A stretch of DNA of 64,000 nucleotides from Acidimicrobiia bacterium (GCA_041635475.1 JBFKVA010000002.1:37355-101354); one strand, 5' to 3'; positions 45,649 to 56,192 are shown, counted from the stretch's first letter. Notes: generated by a model not told the origin, from the letters alone. Program-made: numbers and translations.

Positions 45649-46260
45649 CTACTTCTTGGACTTCTGGTAGTAGGGGTTCTCCCCGTGGGCGTGGTCGGTG
45701 GCGTCCTCCACCCCAGTGATCTCAGGGATCGCCTCCATGAGGGTGCGCTCGATGCCCTGCTTGAGGGTCACCGACGCCAAGCCACACCCCTGGCATCCGC
45801 CGAGGAGTTCGAGGTAGACGAGGTTGTTCTCGTCGATCGACACGAGCCTGGCTCCGCCTCCGTGGGAGGCGATGGCCGGATTGATCTGGGTCTCCAGGAC
45901 ATGGTGGACCTGGTCGACGAGGGGCCCTTCGAGGTCACCCGGGACACTGCCGGTGATCGCCGGCGACGGGGAGTTGGGGTTGTCGATCGAGAGCCCCGCC
46001 TCGCCGATCCTGAGCACGGCCCCCTCGAGGTTTGGCAGGTCCCGCTCCGGGTGGATGACCGCCAGGTCACCGTGGCGCTCGACCACGTCACCCTCCGCGG
46101 CGTCGGTGACCGGCACGAAGCTCAGCTCGTACGAGAACTGGATCCCCTGGATCCCGCTGATCTCCATCCTCAGTGCGAACTCCCCGTCACCCGGTTCGTT
46201 GTCGCGGATGTCGACGATCATCGCTAGCGCGTCTGGTTCGATGGAGAGTGTTGTAGACAT
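45649..46260 (-). CDS. Fe-S cluster biogenesis protein with an N-terminal IscA/HesB-like domain and a C-terminal NifU-like domain (NfuA-like)
   Basis: An A-type carrier-like N-terminus is followed by the C-terminal LLGGCQGCGLASVTLKQGIERTLMEAIPEI (NifU CxxC motif). Confidence 0.8.
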   Translation of the reverse strand: MSTTLSIEPDALAMIVDIRDNEPGDGEFALRMEISGIQGIQFSYELSFVPVTDAAEGDVVERHGDLAVIHPERDLPNLEGAVLRIGEAGLSIDNPNSPSPAITGSVPGDLEGPLVDQVHHVLETQINPAIASHGGGARLVSIDENNLVYLELLGGCQGCGLASVTLKQGIERTLMEAIPEITGVEDATDHAHGENPYYQKSKK

Positions 46261-46333
46261 GATCAGAGGTTAGGGCCTCCGCCCCACTTTCCAAGCGACA
46301 AGGTTCCGAGCCGCCTGCCCTACGCTCCGGCGC

Positions 46334-47569
46334 ATGCCTCGGCTCCTGCTCATCATCCCGGCGTCGACCTACCGGGCCGCGGAGTTCCTTGATGCCACCG
46401 AAGCCGTCGGAGCCGAACCAATCGTCGCCACCAATTCCAACCCGCTCCTGGCCATGCGCCTCGGCGACCGGTTCATCGACCTCGACGACTGCAGCACGGA
46501 CGAGATCGTCCGGAGGGCGAAGTCACTGGCCCCGATCCACGGCGTCCTGAGCCCCGACGATTCGATGGTGGTCCTGGCCAACGCGGTCGCCTCCGAGTTG
46601 GGTCTCGAGTCCAACCCGCCGTGGGCGGTGGCCGCCACCAAGAACAAGGCGATGCTGCGGCGTGCCCTGGACGGAATCGCCCCCCAACCGGCCTACCTCG
46701 TCGTCACCGCCCGGGATGATGTGACGGCCGCGGTGGCCGGCATCGGACCACCGGTGGTCATGAAGCCCCTGTCCCTGTCGGGGAGCCAGGGTGTCATTCG
46801 GGTCGACGATGCCTCCCAGGCCCCGGAGGTCGAGGAGCGGATTCGCCGCATCCTGGCGGCCCGCGGCTCCAACCCCGACGAACCACTCCTCGTCGAACGC
46901 TTCGTCCCCGGTCCCGAGGTGGCGGTCGAGGGTTTGCTCACCCGTGGTCGTCTCGAGATCCTGGCGGTGTTCGACAAGCCGGACCCGCTCGACGGGCCCT
47001 ACTTCGAGGAGACGATGTACGTGACCCCCTCCCGGCACGGCCTCGACGTGCTCGAGGCCGTCCGGCGGACGGTCCAAGCCGCGTGTGACGGATTGGAACT
47101 CGCAACCGGTCCGATCCATGCCGAGCTCCGCATCCACGACTCGGCTGCGATCCTCATCGAGATGGCGGCCCGTCCCATCGGGGGTCGGTGCGGGACGGCG
47201 CTTCGTTTCGGGGCAGGTGTCAGCCACGAGATGGTCCTGGCCCGGGCAGCTCTGGGCATGAGGGACGACGTCCACCACGCGGCCGGGTCCGCCGGATCCC
47301 TCATGATCCCCATTCCCCGCAGCGGTGTGCTCCGAGCCGTCCACGGCCTGGAGGAAGCCCGGGGTGTCGCCGGCATCACCGGGATCGACATCTCGGTGCC
47401 TTTCGGGGAGCTGATCCTCGCCCTCCCCGAAGGTCATCGCTACCTCGGCTTCGCCTATGCCTCGACGCCGTCGCCGGCCGAGACGGAGCGGGCCCTGCGC
47501 CGGGCCATGGCGCTCATCCGCCCCCAGATCGAACCCGGCGGCGGACAGGACGTAGGCTCCCGCCCATGA
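46334..47569 (+). CDS. ATP-grasp domain protein (ligase of unknown substrate)
   Basis: VVMKPLSLSGSQGVIRVDD...LLVERFVPGPEVAVEGL...HAELRIHDSAAILIEMAARPIGG has the ATP-grasp fold order (K-loop, E, catalytic E/N region). Confidence 0.75.
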   Translation: MPRLLLIIPASTYRAAEFLDATEAVGAEPIVATNSNPLLAMRLGDRFIDLDDCSTDEIVRRAKSLAPIHGVLSPDDSMVVLANAVASELGLESNPPWAVAATKNKAMLRRALDGIAPQPAYLVVTARDDVTAAVAGIGPPVVMKPLSLSGSQGVIRVDDASQAPEVEERIRRILAARGSNPDEPLLVERFVPGPEVAVEGLLTRGRLEILAVFDKPDPLDGPYFEETMYVTPSRHGLDVLEAVRRTVQAACDGLELATGPIHAELRIHDSAAILIEMAARPIGGRCGTALRFGAGVSHEMVLARAALGMRDDVHHAAGSAGSLMIPIPRSGVLRAVHGLEEARGVAGITGIDISVPFGELILALPEGHRYLGFAYASTPSPAETERALRRAMALIRPQIEPGGGQDVGSRP

Positions 47570-49509
47570 ACACCCTCACCGCCCAAGCGCTGTGGTCGCT
47601 CACCCGAGTCGGAAGGCCGGCCGCCGTGGGGGGCACCGTGGTGGTCCCGCTCACCACGTACGACCTCGATGCCAACGAGGGGACCTCGTCGCTCGTCCTG
47701 GTCGGCAACGACCGGTCCCGCACCCTCACCGCCGACGGCTTCGCGCCCGCAGTCTCCCCCGACGGTCGGCGAGTGGCGTTCCTCCGCAAGATCGACGACG
47801 TGCCGCAGCTCCATGTGATGCCCGTCGACGGGGGGGAGGCCCGCCGGCTGGGCAAGTTCCCGCTGGGTGCCGGATCCCCGGCGTGGACGCCCGACGGGTC
47901 ACTCCTGGCCTGCATGGCCCACGTCTACGCCGACGCGCCCGATCTCGACGCCTCCGCCACCCGTCGCCAGGAGATCTCCGAGTCGAAGGTGTCGGCCAAG
48001 GTCACGGAGGAACGCACCTACCGCTTCTGGGACACCTGGCTCACCGACGACCGGGTCCTCCACCTGTTCCTCGTCGATGTCGACGACGGGGCGATCACCG
48101 ATCTCACCCCCCATGCCCGCTTTCGCCCTCACCTCCCCACGAGCCCCGACCCGGTCGACCAGCTGACCATCGGACCCGACGGAGCCTCCATCGTCGTGGC
48201 TGCCGCCGACCTCGCCCGGGAGTGGCCTGTGAGGCCCCAAGCCGAGCTGTGGGAGGTGATGACGGCCGGCGGCAAGGCGCGCTGTCTGACGCCGGGCTCC
48301 CCGGGCGACGCCAGCCACCCCCGATTCACGCCCGATGGCCGCATCGTCTTCGGGGCGACCCGGGAACTCGACTACTACGCGACACCGGTCTTCCTCACGG
48401 TGCTCGATCCCTCCGACGGCACCCAGGCACCCCTCTACGACGAGTGGCACCTCAACCCCGAGGCCTGGGTGATCGACTCCACCGGCGACTCGGTCATCCT
48501 CACCGCCGAGGATCGGTCGCGCGTGAGCCTCTTTCGCCTCCCCACGGCAGGCGGGATCCCCTCACTCCTCGCCGAGGGCCACACCCTCGGCCAACCCGTC
48601 GCCGACGGATCCGGGCTGATCTACCTCCTCCAGCAGTCGATCTCCTCACCACCGGAGGTTGTGAGTGTGCCCGAGACCGGTGGCCCCATCACGGCCGTCA
48701 CCGATGTCAACGGTGACGCCCTGTCGAGCCTCGACCTCGGCCCGGTGGAGGAACGATGGTTCTCGGGTGCCCGGGGAGACGACGTCCAGATGCACCTCGT
48801 CCACCCACCGGCGTTCGACCCCGAGCAGCGGTACCCACTCGTTCACCTGGTGCACGGCGGACCCCACAACTCGTTCGGCGACATGTGGCACTGGCGCTGG
48901 AACTACCACGCCTTCGCCGCCCCCGGCTACGTCGTCGCCCTCGTCAACTTCCACGGCTCGTCATCGTTCGGGCACGAGTTCTGCCAGTGCATCCAGGGTT
49001 CTTGGGGCGATCTGCCCCTCACGGACATCATGATCGCCACGGACCTCCTGTGGGAGGAGCCGTGGATCGACCCGACCCGTACCGCGATGGCAGGTGGATC
49101 GTACGGAGGGTATCTCGTGAGCTGGCTCGCCACCCAGACGGATCGCTTCACCTGTGCGGTGGCGCACGCCGCGGTGACCAACCAGGGAGCCATGTACGCA
49201 ACCGACTCCACCCACGGGTTGGCCCGCGCCCGAGGCGCGGACCTCTGGGTGGATCGGGCCGCCGTCGATCGCTGGAGCCCTTCCCACCACTACGCCAACT
49301 ACACGACGCCCACCCTCGTCATCCACGGGGAACGCGACTACCGAGTCCCCATCAACCAGGGACTGGAGCTCTACGGAGTGCTCAAGGCGAAGGGGGTCGA
49401 TGCCCGCCTCCTCTACTACCCGGACGAGAACCACTGGATCCTGACTCCCCAGAACTCCATCCACTGGTACGGCGAGGTCCACGACTGGCTGGCTCGGTAC
49501 CTGGGATGA
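47566..49509 (+). CDS. S9 family serine peptidase (prolyl oligopeptidase/dipeptidyl-peptidase type) with an N-terminal beta-propeller
   Basis: The ATG at 47566 overlaps the previous stop (ATGA). Propeller repeats (SPDGRRVAF, TPDGSLLA, TPDGRIVF) are followed by the catalytic domain with AMAGGSYGGYL (GGSYGG nucleophile), and a downstream D and H region (HGERDYRV...DENHW). Confidence 0.85.
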   Translation: MNTLTAQALWSLTRVGRPAAVGGTVVVPLTTYDLDANEGTSSLVLVGNDRSRTLTADGFAPAVSPDGRRVAFLRKIDDVPQLHVMPVDGGEARRLGKFPLGAGSPAWTPDGSLLACMAHVYADAPDLDASATRRQEISESKVSAKVTEERTYRFWDTWLTDDRVLHLFLVDVDDGAITDLTPHARFRPHLPTSPDPVDQLTIGPDGASIVVAAADLAREWPVRPQAELWEVMTAGGKARCLTPGSPGDASHPRFTPDGRIVFGATRELDYYATPVFLTVLDPSDGTQAPLYDEWHLNPEAWVIDSTGDSVILTAEDRSRVSLFRLPTAGGIPSLLAEGHTLGQPVADGSGLIYLLQQSISSPPEVVSVPETGGPITAVTDVNGDALSSLDLGPVEERWFSGARGDDVQMHLVHPPAFDPEQRYPLVHLVHGGPHNSFGDMWHWRWNYHAFAAPGYVVALVNFHGSSSFGHEFCQCIQGSWGDLPLTDIMIATDLLWEEPWIDPTRTAMAGGSYGGYLVSWLATQTDRFTCAVAHAAVTNQGAMYATDSTHGLARARGADLWVDRAAVDRWSPSHHYANYTTPTLVIHGERDYRVPINQGLELYGVLKAKGVDARLLYYPDENHWILTPQNSIHWYGEVHDWLARYLG

Positions 49510-50138
49510 CGACGGTCATCTTCGCCGGCGGCGACCCCCCTCCCCCATCGGCACTCGACCACATCCCGCCGGAGCGTCATGTCATCGCGGCCGACTCCGG
49601 GCTCGACCACGCCCACCGCCTCGGCGTCGAGGTCCACCACGTCGTCGGTGACATGGACTCGGTCGACGCCGGGCTCCTCGACCGCGTGGCGGACTCGGTC
49701 GTGGTCGATCGCTTCCCCGAGGCCAAGGACGCCACCGATCTCGAACTGGCCGTCACGCTGGCGCTCCGGTCGAGCCCGGCCGAGATCGTCATCGTGGGCG
49801 GCCACGGCGGCCGCAACGACCACCTCATCGCCACCGCCCTCCTGCTGGCGTCGCCCCGCTTCGACCACACCCCCATCAGATGGCTGGCGGGCCGGGACCT
49901 CATCCACATCGTCCATGACGTCGTCACGATCCACGGCACCGTCGGCTCGACGGTCAGCCTCATCCCGGCCGTCGACGCGGCCGGGATCACGACGAGTGGC
50001 CTCCGCTGGGGACTGGTGGACGAGGCGCTCCACGCCGGCACCACCCGCGGCGTGTCCAACGAGATGACGGCTCCCCGGGCGACGATCACCGTCGAGTCGG
50101 GGACCCTCTTCGTGGTCCAACCGGGCGTCGTCGGGTAG
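49506..50138 (+). CDS. thiamine pyrophosphokinase
   Basis: The ATG at 49506 overlaps the previous stop (ATGA). VIAADSGLDHAHRLGVEVHHVVGDMDSV (like TPK GDFDS), IVGGHGGRNDH and the C-terminal thiamine-binding domain are present. Confidence 0.8.
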   Translation: MTTVIFAGGDPPPPSALDHIPPERHVIAADSGLDHAHRLGVEVHHVVGDMDSVDAGLLDRVADSVVVDRFPEAKDATDLELAVTLALRSSPAEIVIVGGHGGRNDHLIATALLLASPRFDHTPIRWLAGRDLIHIVHDVVTIHGTVGSTVSLIPAVDAAGITTSGLRWGLVDEALHAGTTRGVSNEMTAPRATITVESGTLFVVQPGVVG

Positions 50139-50141
50139 CGG

Positions 50142-51926
50142 TCAGGCGTAGATCGACGAGATCACGTCCGCGTACTTGTCGGCAACGACGTTGCGCTTGA
50201 CCTTCAGGGTTGGGGTCATCTCCCCGCCTTCGATCGAGAAGTCCTCCGGCAGGATCCGGAAGGTCCGGATCGACTCCGCCTTCGACACCGCCTTGTTGGC
50301 GATGTCGACGGCCTCCTGGACCTCGGCCAACAGGACGGGGTGTTCACGGTTGTCGGCCACCGATCCGGCGATCTCGTGGCTGGCGGCGAACCGCACCCAC
50401 TCGTCGGGGTCGATCGTCACGATCGCCGCGATGAACGGTTGGGCATCACCGACCACCATGCACTGGCTGACGATGGGGGTGGAGCGCAGCCGGTCCTCGA
50501 GGACGGCGGGGGCGACGTTCTTGCCGGCGGCCGTGACGATGATCTCCTTCTTGCGGCCGGTGATGAACAGGAACCCGTCATCGTCGAGGGTCCCGATGTC
50601 TCCCGTATGGAACCAGCCGTCGGGTTCGATGGCCTCGGCCGTGGCCTGCTCGTTGCGCCAGTATCCCTTGAAGACGTGCGGGCCCTTGATGAGGACCTCG
50701 CCGTCGTCGGCGATCTTGACGGAGGCGCCGGGGAGGGGCCGTCCCACCGACCCGATGCGCCGGGCACCGGGGTGATTCACCGTGGTCCCGGCCGACGTCT
50801 CGGTGAGGCCGTAGCCCTCCATGATCTCGAGGCCGATCCCGTCGAAGTAGAAGCCGAGCCGCGAACCGAGGGCGGCCCCACCGGAGACCGCGTACTCGGC
50901 CTGTCCACCGAGCGCCGTCCGCAGCTTCGAGTACACGAGCTTGTCGAACAGCCCGTGGCGGAGCTTGAGGCCCATCGGGATCCGTCCGTCCTGGCGAGCC
51001 TGCGAGAACGCGATGGCGGTGGCGGTGGCGGCGTCGAAGATCTTGCCCTTCCCACCGTCGTGTGCCTTGGCCTGCGCCCCGTTGAAGACCTTCTCGAACA
51101 CCCGGGGCACCGAGAACAGCCACGTCGGCTGAACCATCGGCAGCTCCTCCATGAGGTTCGGTATCCCGGTGCTGTAGGCCATCTTCGACCCCTGGTTCAC
51201 CGAGGCGACCTGGATGAGGCGGGCGAAGATGTGGGCGAGCGGGAGGAACATGAGGGTGGAGGCCCTTTCATGAAGCAACTGACCGAGGATGGTCTCGGCC
51301 TGCTTCACCGTCCACACGAAGTTGTGGTGGGTGAGGTGGCATCCCTTGGGCATCCCGGTGGTGCCCGAGGTGTACACGAGCGTGGCCAGGTCGTCCCCGT
51401 TGAGCGAGTTGGCCCGGGCCAGGACCTGGTCGTCGGACACGTCCTTGCCGGCCTCGGTGAGCTTGTCCAGGCCGCCATCGTCGATGACGAAGACGTGCTC
51501 ACACGTTCCGAGTGACCCCGAGACGGAGTCGAAGACGCCCTTGAGGGTGTCGTCGGCCAGGATGATCGCCCTGGCCTCAGAGTTCCCGACGATCCACTCG
51601 ACCTGCTCGGCCGACGAGGTCTCGTAGATGGTGACCGTGGCGCACCCGGCAGCCCAGATGGCGTAGTCCAGCAACGTGAACTCGATTCGGGTGGGGGTGA
51701 AGAGGCACACCCGATCGCCCTTTTCGAGGCCGAGGGCCATGAGCCCGGCCGCCAGGCGGCGCACCTTGGTGGCCATCTCGCCCAGGGTGACGTCGACGAA
51801 CGCGTCCCCGTCCCGGTAGGCGAGGACGGCCTTGGAGGGCACCGTGGCCTCCACGGCCCACAGGGTGTCCGGGACCGTGAGGTTGGCATCGACGGCAACG
51901 GCGCCGGGACTCGTGAATTCCTGCAT
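50142..51926 (-). CDS. fadD: long-chain fatty-acid--CoA ligase (FadD15-like AMP-dependent synthetase)
   Basis: YTSGTTGMPKGCHLTHHNF, EGYGLTETS, TGDIGTLDDDGFLFITGRKKEIIVTAAGKNVAP and the C-terminus MTPTLKVKRNVV. Confidence 0.9.
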   Translation of the reverse strand: MQEFTSPGAVAVDANLTVPDTLWAVEATVPSKAVLAYRDGDAFVDVTLGEMATKVRRLAAGLMALGLEKGDRVCLFTPTRIEFTLLDYAIWAAGCATVTIYETSSAEQVEWIVGNSEARAIILADDTLKGVFDSVSGSLGTCEHVFVIDDGGLDKLTEAGKDVSDDQVLARANSLNGDDLATLVYTSGTTGMPKGCHLTHHNFVWTVKQAETILGQLLHERASTLMFLPLAHIFARLIQVASVNQGSKMAYSTGIPNLMEELPMVQPTWLFSVPRVFEKVFNGAQAKAHDGGKGKIFDAATATAIAFSQARQDGRIPMGLKLRHGLFDKLVYSKLRTALGGQAEYAVSGGAALGSRLGFYFDGIGLEIMEGYGLTETSAGTTVNHPGARRIGSVGRPLPGASVKIADDGEVLIKGPHVFKGYWRNEQATAEAIEPDGWFHTGDIGTLDDDGFLFITGRKKEIIVTAAGKNVAPAVLEDRLRSTPIVSQCMVVGDAQPFIAAIVTIDPDEWVRFAASHEIAGSVADNREHPVLLAEVQEAVDIANKAVSKAESIRTFRILPEDFSIEGGEMTPTLKVKRNVVADKYADVISSIYA

Positions 51927-52015
51927 GGGGTGCTCCTGGGACCGGGGTGGACGCGCAGAATCCTACTCAGCCAGCGAGGGGGGCGGGGTGGGCCACTCCT
52001 CCTACTCGGAGGCGC

Positions 52016-53161
52016 TCAGCGAACGAGGCCGTCGGTCCGCAACTGCTCGATCTCGAGGTTGGTGAACCCCGCCGCGCCCAGGATCTCATCGGTCGACGAC
52101 CCGGGTTCGACCGGGGCGGTCCGCACCGCCCCCGGGGTACGGCTGAACCGGGGTGCGGGGCCGGGTTGGGTGACTCCGTCCACGTCGATGAAGGTGCCTC
52201 GGGCGACCAGGTGGGGATGGTGAGGGGCTTCCCACATCGACAGGACCGGGGCCACACAGGCGTCCGTCCCGGCGAACACCTCCGCCCACGCGTTCCGGGT
52301 CCTCGTCCGGAAGATCGCCGCCATCCGCTCCCTCGTCGACTGCCACAGGGCCACGTTCCACTGCTCGGCCGCATCGTCGGGCGGAAGGCCCAGGGCCTCG
52401 AGGAGGGCGGCGTAGAACTGGGGCTCGATGGCGCCCACCGCCATGTGCTCCCCGTCGGCGGTCTCGTAGACGTCGTAGAACGGCGCTCCCCCGTCCAGGA
52501 GATTCGTCCCTCGCTCGGGGCGCCACGCACCCGAGGCGGCCAGTCCGAAGATCATGGCCCCCAGCGTGCTCGCACCGTCCACCATGGCGGCGTCGATCAC
52601 CTGCCCACGACCGCTCGTTTTCGCCTCCAGGACACCACACACGATCCCGAATGCCAACAGGAGCCCGCCCCCACCGAAGTCCCCGACGAGGTTGAGGGGG
52701 ATCGATGGGGGCCGGTTGGCGGGGCCGATGGCGTGGAGCATCCCGGTGAGCGCGATGTAGTCGATGTCGTGGCCGGGCATCGACGCCCACGGCCCTTCCT
52801 GGCCCCAGCCCGTCATGCGCCCGTAGACGAGCCCGGGGTTGCGGGCGAGGCAGGCGTCCGGGCCGATGCCGAGGCGCTCGGCCACCCCCGGGCGCATCCC
52901 CTCGAACATGGCGTCGGCGCCCTCCACCAGCCGAAGCACGACCTCGGCGGCGTGCGGCTGCTTGAGGTCGAGCGCGATCGACCTCCGGCCGCGGGCCATG
53001 ACATCGAACCGCACCTCGGTGGCGGTGAACATGCGGCCGGCGTCCAGCCGGTCGATGCGGATGACATCCGCTCCCAGGTCGGCCAGCAGCATCCCACACA
53101 ATGGGCCGGGACCGAGGCCTGTGACCTCCAGGACCGTCACTCCGGATAGGGGCCCGCTCAT
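52016..53161 (-). CDS. CoA transferase family III (CaiB/BaiF; alpha-methylacyl-CoA racemase-like)
   Basis: The start is the ATG at 53161 (GGAG 8 nt upstream). LSGVTVLEVTGLGPGPLCGMLLADLGADVIRIDR and the catalytic Asp region GHDIDYIA are present. Confidence 0.85.
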   Translation of the reverse strand: MSGPLSGVTVLEVTGLGPGPLCGMLLADLGADVIRIDRLDAGRMFTATEVRFDVMARGRRSIALDLKQPHAAEVVLRLVEGADAMFEGMRPGVAERLGIGPDACLARNPGLVYGRMTGWGQEGPWASMPGHDIDYIALTGMLHAIGPANRPPSIPLNLVGDFGGGGLLLAFGIVCGVLEAKTSGRGQVIDAAMVDGASTLGAMIFGLAASGAWRPERGTNLLDGGAPFYDVYETADGEHMAVGAIEPQFYAALLEALGLPPDDAAEQWNVALWQSTRERMAAIFRTRTRNAWAEVFAGTDACVAPVLSMWEAPHHPHLVARGTFIDVDGVTQPGPAPRFSRTPGAVRTAPVEPGSSTDEILGAAGFTNLEIEQLRTDGLVR

Positions 53162-53261
53162 CGGCACACTCCACGTCGCTGCGGCAACACTATCGCCGAG
53201 GTCCACCCGCGTCGACGTCCGGGGGCACGGTGGGGGGTCGGGAGCGAGCCGCCAATCGGCA

Positions 53262-54197
53262 TCAGGGCAGGTGGGACCGGAGGAAGGCGTACATCCGATC
53301 CCGGGCCGCGGGCCCCGGACCCTCGTCGTAGTAGTCGAACGCGTGGTGTCCTCCCGGGTGGACGGCCAGGACCGTTTCGTTGCCGGCGGCGGCCCAGCGG
53401 GACGCCATGAAGAGCGAGTCGTCGACGAGTGGATCCCGGGTCCCGATCGTGAAGAGGGCCGGGCACAGCGCCCCGAGGTCGGCGCGCAGGGGTGAGACCC
53501 GGGGGTCGGCCGGGTCCGCTTCGCCCAGGAAGTGCCCGATCATCCATTCCAGTGTCGTCTGGGCGAACGTCACCGGTGGGTCACCGAACGACCGGGCCGA
53601 CGGGGTGAGGGAGAGGTCGAACACGCCGTACACGAGGTTGGCGGCTCGGAAGGGCACACTCCCCCGCTCATCGCGGAGCCGGAGGAGGGCGAGGGCGGCC
53701 AGGTGGGCGCCGGCCGATTCGCCGCCCACGAAGCGGGCGGCCGTTCCCCACTCGCCCTGCGCGTGGTCGGCGACCCAGGCAGCCACCGCCGCCACGTCGT
53801 CGGGCCCGGCCGGGAACGGGTCTTCCGGGGCCAGGCGGTAGTACGGGCTGACCACGACCAGGCCGGTGGAGTCCGCCAGCCGCTCATTGAGGTAGTCCAC
53901 ATGGTGGGGGCGTCCCAGGACCCAGCCCCCACCGTGGACATGGAGGTACACGCCCCGGGCCGCACTACGCGGGGGAATGACCCTCAGGCGGATGTCACCG
54001 GCGGGGCCGGGAACCCAGCGCTCGACCGCCCGATCCGACGGTGGCTTCACCGGGAAGACGGAGATCCCTTCCTCCCGGGCCTGGCGGGCGGCTTGAGGGG
54101 TCGTGATGGGTGGGAGGGTCGCCAGCTTCTCGGCCACCCGGGCGTCGAAGGAGCCCTGTCCCGGGTCCGGCCCCGCCGGCCAGGTCACTTCGAGCAT
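53262..54197 (-). CDS. alpha/beta hydrolase (esterase/lipase, HSL-like family)
   Basis: The oxyanion-hole motif VHGGGW, the nucleophile GESAGAHLA, and downstream D and H residues (DPLVDD, HPGGHHAF). Confidence 0.8.
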   Translation of the reverse strand: MLEVTWPAGPDPGQGSFDARVAEKLATLPPITTPQAARQAREEGISVFPVKPPSDRAVERWVPGPAGDIRLRVIPPRSAARGVYLHVHGGGWVLGRPHHVDYLNERLADSTGLVVVSPYYRLAPEDPFPAGPDDVAAVAAWVADHAQGEWGTAARFVGGESAGAHLAALALLRLRDERGSVPFRAANLVYGVFDLSLTPSARSFGDPPVTFAQTTLEWMIGHFLGEADPADPRVSPLRADLGALCPALFTIGTRDPLVDDSLFMASRWAAAGNETVLAVHPGGHHAFDYYDEGPGPAARDRMYAFLRSHLP

Positions 54198-55296
54198 CAG
54201 CCCTCGGCTTCGACGACGTCGGAGCGCCCATCGCCGTCCTCGTCACCGGCGATGGTGGATTCGACGGGATGCTGCGCCAGGTACGTCGAGACGAGCGCCT
54301 GACCGATGGCGGCGACCGGCAGGGCCAGGAAGGCACCGAGGGCGCCCATGAGCAGGATGCCGGCGACGGCAGCACCGAAGCCGATGGCCGGGTGGAGGGA
54401 CATGCGTTGGGCGGTGATCTTGGGCGCCAGCCAGTAGTTCTCGACTTGCTGGTAACCGAGGAGGACGACGAGTACCCACAGGGCCAGGGACGGTTCGACG
54501 GCCAAGGCGGCCAGGAGCGGGATGACCGCGGCGATGTACCCGCCCACAGCCGGGATGAACTGGGAGATCACACCGACCCAGACCCCGTAGGCAACCGGGC
54601 TGGGCAGGCCGACGATGGCGAAGAGGATGGAGTGGACGGCAGCGGAGATCAAAGCCAGTTGGAGTCGCGACGCCACGTACCCACCGGTCTTCTGGATCGA
54701 GATCTCCCACATGCGGGCCACCTCGCGCTGCCGCTCGGGGGGGAACGCCGCGAAGAGGCGCCGTCGCAGCCGAGGCCCGTCGGCCAGGAGGAAGAACGTG
54801 AACAGGAGGACCGTGAACGTCCGGATGATGAGCGAACCGATGGCGCCCACGACACCGGCCAGCTGGTTGGCGACGGTCGAGGCATACCTGCCGATGAGGT
54901 CGCTGATGCTCCCCGCCGAGTCCGTGAGGGTGTCGAGCGAGTACCGGTACCCGAACACCTCGACCTCCGTGCCGAGGTCGTCGAGGAAGTCGGTCGCCCG
55001 GTCGAGCAACGTCGCCACCTGGCGCACGAACGGGGGAAGGACGACGAACCCCACACCGACGATGACGAGCACGGCCAGGAGGAGCACGACCCCGGTCGCT
55101 CGCGTCCTCGGCCATCCCCGATGGGCAAGGGCCGCCACCGCTGGTTCGAAGGCGAACGACAGGAAGAGCGCCACGAGGAGCGCCAGCAGGAGGCTCCGCA
55201 CCTGCCAGGCCGCCCACAGGGCGGCGGCGGTGAGAAGGGCTGCTAGGACGATCCGCCACAGCAACGCGTTGAGGAATGGTGGGAGGTCACGCTCCA
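54197..55296 (-). CDS. AI-2E family transporter (PerM/UPF0118)
   Basis: MERDLPPFLNALLWRIVLAALLTAAALWAAW... shows the 8-TM AI-2E pattern. The start is chosen at the internal ATG (about 55296) rather than the ORF-track start at 55396, which would leave only 32 bp to the divergent gene. I could not reconcile the frame exactly by eye, so the start is uncertain by a few bp. Confidence 0.75.
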
Positions 55297-55428
55297 TCGT
55301 CGACAGCGTAGGCGGCCGGCCCACCGGGTGGTCGCTCTGTCTGTGTGCGTGGTGATCCCGGGTCGCAGCCGGCACCCTTTCGACCCCCGGTAGCATCCGG
55401 TCGACCCACGCATCGAAAGGACCCTGGC

Positions 55429-56190
55429 ATGGAGATCAGTGGCAGTTCCGCCATCGTCACCGGCGGCGCCTCGGGGCTTGGCGGAGCCACGGCCCGCCGG
55501 CTCGCCGCGGCGGGCATGCACGTCGTCATCGTCGACCTCAACGACACGCTGGGCGAAGAGATGGCGTCCGAGGTCAATGGGGCGTTCGTGAAAGCAGACG
55601 TCCGCGACGAAGACCAGGTGCAGGCGGCCGTCACCGCGGCGGTGGAGATGGCCCCCCTGCGGGTGCTCATCAACTGCGCCGGGCTCGGCATCGCGCTGCG
55701 GACCATCGATCGCGACGCCAACCCCCACCCGCTCGGCAACTTCGAGTTCGTCATCGGCGTCAACCTCATCGGGACGTTCAACTCCATTCGGCTGGCCGCC
55801 GCCGCCATGGCGCGCAACGAACCCGACGCCGGGGGCGAACGGGGAGCGATGGTCAACACCGCCTCCGTGGCGGCAGTCGATGGCCAGATCGGCCAGGCCG
55901 CGTACTCGGCCTCCAAGGGAGGCGTGGTGGGCATGACGCTTCCCATCGCCCGCGACCTGGCCTCGGTGGGGATTCGGGTCAACACGATCCTCCCCGGGAT
56001 CATGGACACACCCCTGCTGGGCTCCCTCCCGGAGAACGTACGGGATGCCCTCGGCCAATCGGTCCTTCACCCCAAGCGTCTCGGTCGGCCCGAGGAGTTC
56101 GCCGAGATGGCCCACACGCTGGTCACCAACAGCTACATGAACGGTGAGTCCCTGCGCCTCGATGGTGGCATCCGCATGCCTCCCAAGTAG
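55429..56190 (+). CDS. SDR family oxidoreductase (3-hydroxyacyl-CoA dehydrogenase type 2-like)
   Basis: The ATG at 55429 has AAAGGA upstream. AIVTGGASGLGGA (TGxxxGxG), NCAG and YSASKGGV (YxxxK) are present. Confidence 0.85.
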   Translation: MEISGSSAIVTGGASGLGGATARRLAAAGMHVVIVDLNDTLGEEMASEVNGAFVKADVRDEDQVQAAVTAAVEMAPLRVLINCAGLGIALRTIDRDANPHPLGNFEFVIGVNLIGTFNSIRLAAAAMARNEPDAGGERGAMVNTASVAAVDGQIGQAAYSASKGGVVGMTLPIARDLASVGIRVNTILPGIMDTPLLGSLPENVRDALGQSVLHPKRLGRPEEFAEMAHTLVTNSYMNGESLRLDGGIRMPPK

Positions 56191-56192
56191 GC

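Noticed and set aside
45636-45652. Terminator hairpin between the convergent 45193 gene and nfuA (tgaggggggtcccta)
   Set aside because: Only a 3-4 bp G/C stem with a 2-3 nt loop and no U-tract, which is too weak to call.
54197-55396. Using the ORF-track Met at 55396 as the AI-2E transporter start
   Set aside because: It would leave 32 bp to the divergent SDR gene and add a 33-aa non-hydrophobic His/Arg-rich N-terminus. The internal Met (MERDLPPFL...) precedes the first TM helix. The exact coordinate is uncertain by a few bp because I could not reconcile the frame by eye.
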